A program made the translations under genes and the position numbers. Under the pieces are notes generated by a model, which did not search any database, was not told where the DNA came from, and saw only the letters and a program-made list of their open reading frames with translations. Below, piece after piece: positions 56,731 to 64,000 of a DNA stretch of 64,000 bases. Source of the stretch: an uncultured delta proteobacterium (GTDB lineage Bacteria > Desulfobacterota > Binatia > Binatales > Binataceae); assembly GCA_963711565.1 (NCBI GenBank), contig CAVQEQ010000001.1:448001-512000 (forward strand), given 5' to 3'. The stretch's first letter is position 1; the number at the start of each line of letters is the position of its first letter.

Positions 56731-58287
56731 CTAGGCCACCTTCTTTGCTTTCGAAGGCCGCGCCAACGTGCGCCTGCCGATTGGTACGTCGTCGATGCTC
56801 TTGGGGCAGCCGTCGTCGCCGTTAACCACATATTCCGGGTACGCTGGGAAACCGTGCTCGTGCAGATCGAGTCCTTCGATCTCGCCCTCGGTCGGAATGC
56901 GCAGTCGGAAGCCCCACTTCACCGCGTACATCAGCGCCATCGAGGCCACGAACGTCGCGATAGTGATCGAGAAGCTGCCGATCGCCTGCGCCTTCAGCAC
57001 GCCGAAGCCGCCGCCGTAGAACAGCCCGGTGACAGGACTGCTGGGATCTCCTCCCATCGCGGTGGCCGCACCGTACTTGCCGGCGGCGAAGAGCCCCAGC
57101 GAGAGCGTGCCCCAGATTCCCGCGACCATATGCACCGGGACGGCGCCGATCGGATCGTCGATGCGCAGGTATTCAAGCAGGTCGATGCCCCAGACCACCA
57201 CGATGCCGGCGCCGATTCCGAGTAGGAACGCGCCTTCGGGATCGACCCAGTAACAGGGACATGTAATCGCGACCAATCCGGCCAGGAAGCCGTTAACCGT
57301 CAGCGCGAGATCCCACTTCTGACCTTTGATGTAGGAGTAGAAAAGCGAAGTCAGTCCCGCCGAGCATGCCGCGATCGTCGTGTTGAACGAGACGCGGCCG
57401 ATACCTTGCGCGTCCATCGCGGACAGCGTGCTGCCCGGGTTGAATCCGTACCATCCGAACCACAGGATCAGTCCGCCCGTCGCGCCGATGATCAAGTCGT
57501 GCGGTTTCATCGGCTGTCCGCCGTCGCGTTTGAAGACGCGGCCGAGCCGAGGTCCTAGGGCGATTGCTCCCGCCAATGAAATAGTTCCGCCGATCGTGTG
57601 GACCACCGTCGATCCGGCAAAGTCATGAAAGTTGACCGGGTTGAGATTTGCGAGCCATCCGTCCGGACCCCATGCCCAGTGTCCGATGATTGGGTAGATG
57701 AAGCCCGTCACGCCGACGCTGTACAACAGGTCGCCGATAAAATCGCAGCGCCCGATCATCGCGCCCGAGGTAACTGTCGAGCAGGTGTCCGCGAATGCAT
57801 ATTGGAAAACCCAGTACGCGAGCAGCGGCACTCCGGTGGTGCCGTAGGTGGGAGCGAGCCCATGCAGCATGAAGCCGGTCGTGCCGATCCACGGCGTCCC
57901 CGGGCAGAACATGAAGGCGAAGCCCCACAGCCAGAAGGTCACGCCGCAGATGCAGGTGTCGGCGATTCCTTCGACCAGGATGTTCACCGTTTCGCGCGAT
58001 CGGGCGAAGCCCGACTCGAGCATGACGAAGCCGACCTGCATGCAGAAAACCAGGTACGCGGCGACCAGCGTCCAGACCGTGTTGATCGCGTTGACTTGCG
58101 GCGGCGGCAGCGCCGGCGCCGTGTCAGCGTACGCCGACGCGGGCAAATACCATTTCGTGATCAACAAGAGTACCAGCCCGAGTCCGATCATCTTGCTGGC
58201 CATCAAGACACCCGCGTTGCGCCGGACCATCGGGTCTCGCCACGCTTCGCGAATTCTCTCCCACAATCCCGTTGCTCCTGAGTACAT
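56731..58287 (-). CDS. amt: Ammonium transporter (Amt), copy 2
   Basis: MQVGFVMLE, HDFAGSTVVH, GWYGFNPGS, DDPIGAVPVH and GLDLHEHG; ATG 58287 after GGAGGG. Confidence 0.95.
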   Translation of the reverse strand: MYSGATGLWERIREAWRDPMVRRNAGVLMASKMIGLGLVLLLITKWYLPASAYADTAPALPPPQVNAINTVWTLVAAYLVFCMQVGFVMLESGFARSRETVNILVEGIADTCICGVTFWLWGFAFMFCPGTPWIGTTGFMLHGLAPTYGTTGVPLLAYWVFQYAFADTCSTVTSGAMIGRCDFIGDLLYSVGVTGFIYPIIGHWAWGPDGWLANLNPVNFHDFAGSTVVHTIGGTISLAGAIALGPRLGRVFKRDGGQPMKPHDLIIGATGGLILWFGWYGFNPGSTLSAMDAQGIGRVSFNTTIAACSAGLTSLFYSYIKGQKWDLALTVNGFLAGLVAITCPCYWVDPEGAFLLGIGAGIVVVWGIDLLEYLRIDDPIGAVPVHMVAGIWGTLSLGLFAAGKYGAATAMGGDPSSPVTGLFYGGGFGVLKAQAIGSFSITIATFVASMALMYAVKWGFRLRIPTEGEIEGLDLHEHGFPAYPEYVVNGDDGCPKSIDDVPIGRRTLARPSKAKKVA

Positions 58288-58375
58288 CGATCGTCTCCCT
58301 CCAAGGTTGATTTTGGCGTTGGCCTGCGCGCCTCCGCGCGGCGCGACGGACGCGTGATCGCGCCGCATCGCTTAG

Positions 58376-58391
58376 AGCAAGACGTATGCCT
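58376..58391 (-). promoter_or_regulatory. Sigma-54 promoter for amt copy 2
   Basis: AGGCAT-ACGTC-TTGCT (GG-N10-GC). Confidence 0.7.
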
Positions 58392-58533
58392 CGGATCGAA
58401 TTTTCCCGAGTCCATCCAACGATGAATCAAGTTGTAGACCTATCGATGGAGTGAGCGATCCACCTTAGGTTTCAGATTTTCGCTTAACTGGGAGTTATCG
58501 CCGCCGACGCGAAAAATTAGGCGAGAATGACAC

Positions 58534-58550
58534 TGCCGCATCTTGCGGCA
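58534..58550. promoter_or_regulatory. NtrC-like enhancer palindrome
   Basis: TGCCGCA-TCT-TGCGGCA, about 145 bp upstream of the -24 element. Confidence 0.55.
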
Positions 58551-58575
58551 ATGCCTGTCATACGTGCATCACTTC

Positions 58576-58676
58576 TTCCCCTCTCCCAAAATTTGAGAGG
58601 ATGAAGGTGAGGGTATTTATTCAGCGCGCGTGCTTTGTTCCCCTCTCCTGAAGGGAGAGGGGTTAGGGGTGAGGTT
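58576..58676. repeat. Two tandem REP-like hairpins (family A variant)
   Basis: TTCCCCTCTCC-loop-GGGAGAGGGG..GGTGAGG, first copy degenerate; matches 43626. Confidence 0.7.
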
Positions 58677-58741
58677 TTGCGCGCGATTCAAGATTCTGCC
58701 TCCGCAATGAATCAGGATCGACGCGATGCAAAGTTCTCGTG

Positions 58742-59374
58742 TCAGCGATTGCGATCGAGTACCGCGACCATTCCCGTCTTGATCGCGTAATGCGTCAGCT
58801 CGAGACGATCGCGCACGCCAAGCTTTTGAAAAATATTGTTGAGATGAGTTTTGACCGTGCTCTCGGTTATCGAGAGCCGCTCGGCGACTTCGATATTCCT
58901 CAGGCCCGAAGTGACGTAGCGGACAATTTCGGATTCCCGCGGTGTCAGTTCCTTGCCACTCGAGCTTTCCTGTCGCGCGAATTCGGTCTGCACTGTTGGC
59001 GGCATCCACACCATCCCATCCGCGACCGAACGTACCGCCATCATCAACGTCTCGATCGCAAATCGCTTCTGCACGACGCCCTTGGCGCCGAGCCGCAACG
59101 CCTTGACTCCATTTTCGGCGCTCTCGCTCGCCGTCAGCACGATCACATTTGTCAGGCGGCTGAGTTGCGGGATGTCTTCCATCATCCACCGGTCCATCTG
59201 CAGATCGAGCAGAAGGACGTCGCTGTCGGTGTCCGAAACGATCGGCCTTACGTCATCCGCTGATTCTATTTCAGCGACGACCTCGGTGTCCGACTGAACC
59301 AGCAGCAGCGACTTCAGTCCCTGCCGGAACAGTGCGTGATCGTCGGCGATGATAAGACGCAACGGCGTTCGCAT
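58742..59374 (-). CDS. NarL/LuxR family response regulator
   Basis: IADDH, LLDL and LTPRE...TVKTHL HTH. Confidence 0.93.
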   Translation of the reverse strand: MRTPLRLIIADDHALFRQGLKSLLLVQSDTEVVAEIESADDVRPIVSDTDSDVLLLDLQMDRWMMEDIPQLSRLTNVIVLTASESAENGVKALRLGAKGVVQKRFAIETLMMAVRSVADGMVWMPPTVQTEFARQESSSGKELTPRESEIVRYVTSGLRNIEVAERLSITESTVKTHLNNIFQKLGVRDRLELTHYAIKTGMVAVLDRNR

Positions 59375-59376
59375 GC

Positions 59377-60453
59377 CTAGCTGTTCGGAAGTTCGATTTG
59401 CAGCCGGGTGCTGCCATCGCTGTGGATGCTCATGTGACCTTCCAACTCCGCGACCCTCGAGGCTATAGCCCATGGCCGCGACGACGAATCCGCCAGGCCC
59501 ACACCATCGTCCTCGATAGTTATCGAAACCTTGTCGTCGGCCTCGCGCACATCAATCCTCACCAGGTTGGCCAATCCGTGGCTCCTCGAATTGCGCAGAC
59601 CTTCGAGCATGATCTGCAGTATGTGCTCGCCGAGAAGACTGTGGCCACTGAACGCGGCGCGAACTTCAAAGCTTGGATCGGAAATCCGCGCGGCGCGTTC
59701 CACGCTAGGTCCCTGGTCGATCCCAGCGAGCGAGCGCAGATAGATTCGCACCGCGTCATACTCGCGCGCGACACCGGTTTGCAGGTCCGTGATTTCCAGC
59801 AGCGCGTCCTGCGGGCGATTCCGGTTCAGCAGGGCGCGACAACTCTCGAGGCGCAAGTTAACTCCGGCCAGCGCCTGCACGTAACCGTCGTGCAAAAACC
59901 GGGCGATCGATTGTCGCTCCGCACGCGTTTCGAGCTCGCGCACCTCCGCCTCAAACAAGGCGCGTTGCTGCGAAAAGAACCCAATCAGATATCCGGCGAT
60001 CGCAAGGTACACCGCCCGCATATCGTAAACGCTGGTAATCCCCCTGGTCAGGACTATCACCAGCAGATACAACGCCACGCTGCAAAACGTCACGGTTACT
60101 ATCGGGCGCGACTTCGCGCGGCTGCCGGTGGCGACAATCGCGAATACAAAAAAGACGTATGACGCGCTCGTCTGTCCTTCCGTTATGAATGCGACCGCGG
60201 TCGCGAAGAACAGGTCGAAGCAGGTTGAAAGCAACTGGAGATTTACGTCCGCGATCCCGCGGCTGAGCGCCAGGTACATTCCAACGCTGTACGCCAGATG
60301 GCATAGCAGTGTCGTCAACGCATAGGCGTTCAGGTGGAAGAGTCCACCGGCGGTGCTGGGATCGACGTACAGCGACAGCATCGCGATGAGCGAAAGAGCA
60401 ATCCGGGCTCGCGCGATACTAAGATCCAAATCCCGGAACTCAGGCAATTTCAT
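59377..60453 (-). CDS. Membrane sensor histidine kinase (HisKA_3 type)
   Basis: About 6 TMs, ERQSIARFLHD, EGLRNSRSH and DDGVG. Confidence 0.88.
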   Translation of the reverse strand: MKLPEFRDLDLSIARARIALSLIAMLSLYVDPSTAGGLFHLNAYALTTLLCHLAYSVGMYLALSRGIADVNLQLLSTCFDLFFATAVAFITEGQTSASYVFFVFAIVATGSRAKSRPIVTVTFCSVALYLLVIVLTRGITSVYDMRAVYLAIAGYLIGFFSQQRALFEAEVRELETRAERQSIARFLHDGYVQALAGVNLRLESCRALLNRNRPQDALLEITDLQTGVAREYDAVRIYLRSLAGIDQGPSVERAARISDPSFEVRAAFSGHSLLGEHILQIMLEGLRNSRSHGLANLVRIDVREADDKVSITIEDDGVGLADSSSRPWAIASRVAELEGHMSIHSDGSTRLQIELPNS

Positions 60454-60540
60454 GCAACTATCAACCTCCGCAAAAGAATAACCAGATCGAATCAGCTGAA
60501 CATAGCCAGCCGGCAAGAAGGAACCGCAGGCACATCGACT

Positions 60541-60778
60541 TGTCATGGTTACGAAGCAAGCGCACGCGACTCTGTCATCCAACCACGCAAGCATCCGCAC
60601 GATTCTGTCATCTCGACGCGCGAGGATGCGCGCAATTCTGTCCTCCCGACGACGCGAGCATCCGCGCAATTCTGTCATTCCGACGACGGGAGCGAAGCGA
60701 CGGGAGGCATGGCTTCTGGCCTCCGGACAGCTTCGCGCACGCGAAGCCGGTACCGGTTCCGAAATCGCGCAGCGCTCC
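60541..60778 (+). repeat. Four degenerate 32-34 bp tandem units ending in a full family B element
   Basis: TGTC units start at 60541, 60573, 60606, 60639 and 60673. Confidence 0.8.
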
Positions 60779-60779
60779 T

Positions 60780-62294
60780 TTACGACTTCATCCGCGAGCG
60801 CGGAATTCCCAGCGCCACCATCAACAGCGGACTCTTTCCCGCCGCATGCGGCTCGAAAAATTTCGTCGTGTCGTCGTCATAGAACGTGAGCCCCGTCGCG
60901 CCGCGCCCTAGCGAATACGCCGCCAGGTAAGCGCGCCCGCCAAGAATTCCCGCCTCGAGATGCGCGTCGCCGTAACCGCGATTTCCCAACGCCTTCAGCG
61001 CGCGCTCGAGGTCGGCCATGTAAACGACCAGCGCCGAACAATCCATGCCGAGCGGCTGCTCGAGGCACAGGTAACCCGCCTCGCCGCGGAAGTTCCCTGC
61101 TTTCAGCATCTCGAACGCGCGCGCATGCCGATTGTAGTAGTACGCGCCGGCTTCCATTCCATCGGCTGCGTTGACGATTAGATAAGTGTCTGTGAGCGCC
61201 GGAAAGTCGGCCTGCGGATGCTCGCTCGAAGCGGCCATGATCGTCGCGAGTTCTTCGGCGGTGATCGCTTCCTGCGCAAATGCGCGCGACGATCCGCGCC
61301 GCAGTATCGTCTCGCCCAATCCCGCCGACTCCTCCGACGTTATCGTCTCAAGATGAAGTGCGTTCGCGCTCGACGAATGCTGAACTGAATCCATCTTCGC
61401 CGCGGACACCGCCGCTACTTCCTCGACGGTCACCAGCTGCGACTCGTGATGTATCTTCACCAGCTCGGGGTACGCGACCTCGTTCGACGAAAGCGGAATA
61501 GTCTCCATCGTCAACGGCTCGCACGGCGGCGACGGCGCCGCGGGTTCGTCGGTGTGTCCGAGCGCGACCAGCGCGATCATCCCCTCGCGTTCGCCGTCGA
61601 TTCCGAGGATAGCTTCGAGCGCCGGATCCCCGAATGCGGTGATCACCTCCGCGGAAATTTCCTCGGCCGCCGCCGCTGCCAGCAGATTCGCGAGGATCGT
61701 TCCCGCATCCCAGTAGCAATACCGATACGCCCGCGCCCGATACTTCCATTCGCTGCGCCAGTAAATCGCCGACATCGCGATCACCGCGCGTGCGCGCAAA
61801 ATCGAGGGACGCTTCGCCGCCGCATCCGCAATGTAACCGCGCCAGTCGCCGCGACGCAGTCCGGCCATCCGCAAATCCGCCGGCGAGAAATGGTAAAGGC
61901 CGGTCTCTAATCCCTCCACGTCGCTCGCCGCAACATAAATCTCGATTGGATAGAGCGCGCCCGCCGACGCCGCCGCGCGAAAATGATAGTCGTCCGCGCC
62001 CATCCGCTTGTGCCGCGTCAGGCCGTCGGCACAAAACAGGATGCGCGTGAGCGCGGCCGTCTCGATCGGCGCGGAAAAATCCGCCGGCACGTACGACGAC
62101 AGCGCCGCCAGCGTGGGCGTCGAGGAAAGATTCAGATCGCGCGGCAACGCGACCGATGCGGCGCCGGGATAAATTTTGTACGGGAGCGGTTTGTTGTCCC
62201 AGTCGAGAAAATGCGGCGACGATCGCACGCTGGTGTACGAATGCTTCGTGATTTCGTGAAACACGCGTGCCGCTTCAATGTAATCGTTGCCCAA
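60780..62294 (-). CDS. SagB-type tandem nitroreductase-domain protein
   Basis: RAAASAGALYPIEIY, WKYRARAYRY, second domain RRGSSR...GATGLTFYDD. Confidence 0.88.
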   Translation of the reverse strand: MGNDYIEAARVFHEITKHSYTSVRSSPHFLDWDNKPLPYKIYPGAASVALPRDLNLSSTPTLAALSSYVPADFSAPIETAALTRILFCADGLTRHKRMGADDYHFRAAASAGALYPIEIYVAASDVEGLETGLYHFSPADLRMAGLRRGDWRGYIADAAAKRPSILRARAVIAMSAIYWRSEWKYRARAYRYCYWDAGTILANLLAAAAAEEISAEVITAFGDPALEAILGIDGEREGMIALVALGHTDEPAAPSPPCEPLTMETIPLSSNEVAYPELVKIHHESQLVTVEEVAAVSAAKMDSVQHSSSANALHLETITSEESAGLGETILRRGSSRAFAQEAITAEELATIMAASSEHPQADFPALTDTYLIVNAADGMEAGAYYYNRHARAFEMLKAGNFRGEAGYLCLEQPLGMDCSALVVYMADLERALKALGNRGYGDAHLEAGILGGRAYLAAYSLGRGATGLTFYDDDTTKFFEPHAAGKSPLLMVALGIPRSRMKS

Positions 62295-62395
62295 CTCCTC
62301 ACTCCTGCGAACACATACCGATCGTTCAAATTGACAGAGTCGCCGCCGGGCGTGCTATACGAATTTCCAGCCACCCTGCTCTTCGGGAGATTATC

Positions 62396-63322
62396 ATGGC
62401 GGATAAGCTTACGCCTTCTGACGTGAAAGGAGCGTTCGAGAAGCTCAGCAACTGGGGCCGCTGGGGCAAGGACGACCAGCGCGGCGCGCTGAACTTTATC
62501 ACCAATCAGAAACGCGCCGCCGCCGCTCGCCTCGTGCAAACCGGCGAGAGCGTCTCGATGGCGCTGCCGCTCGCGACTATCGCCGCCGCTGACAACCCCA
62601 CTCCGGTTACGCACCTGATGGTGCAGGCGGGGCACGACTCGCACGAAGAGGCTCTCCCCTACGCCGGCGATTACTTCGCGATCGCGCCGCACGGCATGGC
62701 GAACACGCATATCGACGCGCTCTGCCACGTGTTCTGGCAGAACAAAATGTACAACGGCTTCGACGCCAGCGAAGTCGGCTCGCACGGCGCCAAAAAATGC
62801 GCGATCAACGTCACGCGCGCCGGCATCGTCAGCCGCGGCGTCCTGCTCGATATTCCACGTCTCAAAAAAATCGAATGGATGGAGCCGGGACAAAAAATCC
62901 TGCCCGAGGATCTCGACGCTGCTGAGAAAGCGCAGAAGGTTCACGTCGAAGAAGGCGACGTGCTGATGATCCGCACCGGCCGCGCCACGATGCGCAAAGT
63001 CAAAGGCGGATGGGATCCCATGCGGGTCGGCCTCCCCGGCCTCGACGCCGCGTGCCTGCCATGGCTCCACGAGCGGCGTATCGCCGTGCTCGGCTCCGAT
63101 GCGGTCAGCGACGTCGTGCCCAGCGGCTACGACGGCATCCCGCTGCCAATTCACGTCGGCACGCTGGTCGCGATGGGTATCCATCTAATCGACAACATGG
63201 ACCTCGACGCGGTGTCGTCTGCCTCCGCCGGCCTTGGCCGCAACGAGTTCATGTTCTCGATGGCGCCGTTGATCCTCGAGCGCGGCACCGCGTCGCCGGT
63301 AAACCCGCTCGCTATCTTTTGA
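62396..63322 (+). CDS. Cyclase family (kynurenine formamidase-like) metallohydrolase
   Basis: NWGRWGKDDQRG, THIDALCH, RGVLLD, IRTG and SPVNPLAIF. Confidence 0.9.
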   Translation: MADKLTPSDVKGAFEKLSNWGRWGKDDQRGALNFITNQKRAAAARLVQTGESVSMALPLATIAAADNPTPVTHLMVQAGHDSHEEALPYAGDYFAIAPHGMANTHIDALCHVFWQNKMYNGFDASEVGSHGAKKCAINVTRAGIVSRGVLLDIPRLKKIEWMEPGQKILPEDLDAAEKAQKVHVEEGDVLMIRTGRATMRKVKGGWDPMRVGLPGLDAACLPWLHERRIAVLGSDAVSDVVPSGYDGIPLPIHVGTLVAMGIHLIDNMDLDAVSSASAGLGRNEFMFSMAPLILERGTASPVNPLAIF

Positions 63323-63340
63323 CTATTACAGGTGATGCCA

Positions 63341-64000
63341 ATGAAGACCGAAGAAATGATTATCGATTGCGATGGACATATCCTCGAACCGCCCGACCTC
63401 TGGGAGAAATACATCGACCCGAAGTATCGCGACCGCGCGATGCGCATTCGTGTCGGCGACGACGGCTTCGAGTATCTCGAAATAGATCGCAAGCGCGCGA
63501 AGATGACAGCGCCCGGCCTGCTCGGCTCGCTCGGCGGCATGGGCAAGAAGGTCGAGGACGCGCGCAAACTCCGCGAGAGCGCGATGCGTGGCGACGCCAA
63601 GCCCGAGCAGGTGCGGATGCTCGCGCCGAAACCCGAGAACACCTACCTCAAGGGCGCCGCCTTCGGCACCATGGTGATGAAGGAGCGGCTCGAGCTGCTC
63701 AACCAGGAAGGGATGGCGAAGTCGATTCTCTATCCCACGATCGGGCTGCTGTGGGAGGCCGAACTTTTCGACGCCGAACTCTCGGCCGCATACTGCCGCG
63801 CCTACAACCGCTGGATCGCCGACTTCTGCCGCGACTCCGGCGGACGCTTGATCCCGATTGCGCATCTTTCGCTCGGCGATCCTGCCGAAGCAGCGCGCGA
63901 ACTCGAGCGCGCGGTTAAGGACGGATGCAAAGGCGCCTTCGTCTGCCCCTTCACCATCACGCGAGTTCCGCACGGCGACCCGCACCACGACGCCGTCTTC
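63341..64000 (+). CDS. Amidohydrolase_2 family protein, truncated by the window end
   Basis: Manual translation: MKTEEMIIDCDGHILEPPDLW...LYPT...RAYNRW; absent from the ORF track because it has no stop. Confidence 0.85.
   Translation, partial: MKTEEMIIDCDGHILEPPDLWEKYIDPKYRDRAMRIRVGDDGFEYLEIDRKRAKMTAPGLLGSLGGMGKKVEDARKLRESAMRGDAKPEQVRMLAPKPENTYLKGAAFGTMVMKERLELLNQEGMAKSILYPTIGLLWEAELFDAELSAAYCRAYNRWIADFCRDSGGRLIPIAHLSLGDPAEAARELERAVKDGCKGAFVCPFTITRVPHGDPHHDAVF

Noticed and set aside
60541-60706. Possible CRISPR array
   Set aside because: The period is ~33 bp with no unique spacers between identical repeats, and there are no cas genes in the window
60780-62294. RiPP (azole) biosynthetic cluster based on the SagB-like gene
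   Set aside because: No YcaO, precursor peptide or transporter nearby; stand-alone tandem nitroreductases are common

Overview
GC-rich bacterial chromosomal window. Its gene content suggests a soil Binatota/Ca. Binatus-like organism, which is an inference and not a database result. It opens with housekeeping genes (rsmA, mutM, M20 peptidase, pilD, tmk, holB, ricT, then metG and tatD). An ~8.3 kb island of secreted proteins sits between ricT and metG: one thaumatin-like protein and three tandem choice-of-anchor-Q paralogs that share a promoter, a leader hairpin and a C-terminal domain ending RRGVRR. Next come an ECF sigma factor with an Ogt/Ada-N fusion, three glycine-zipper lipoproteins, arsR-arsC-acr3 and assorted metabolic genes. 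A tandem gene pair carries a duplicated usp 3' end, and a radical SAM gene precedes a DUF5131/TcmP pair. A nitrogen-uptake locus holds two Amt transporters, an APC permease, a PP2C phosphatase and a Hanks kinase, with sigma-54 promoters, NtrC-like boxes and no adjacent glnK; a type II R-M pair interrupts it. Two families of REP-like palindromes recur. Four genes show single-base-deletion frameshifts, probably long-read assembly errors. No rRNA, tRNA, CRISPR array, transposase or integrase was seen.
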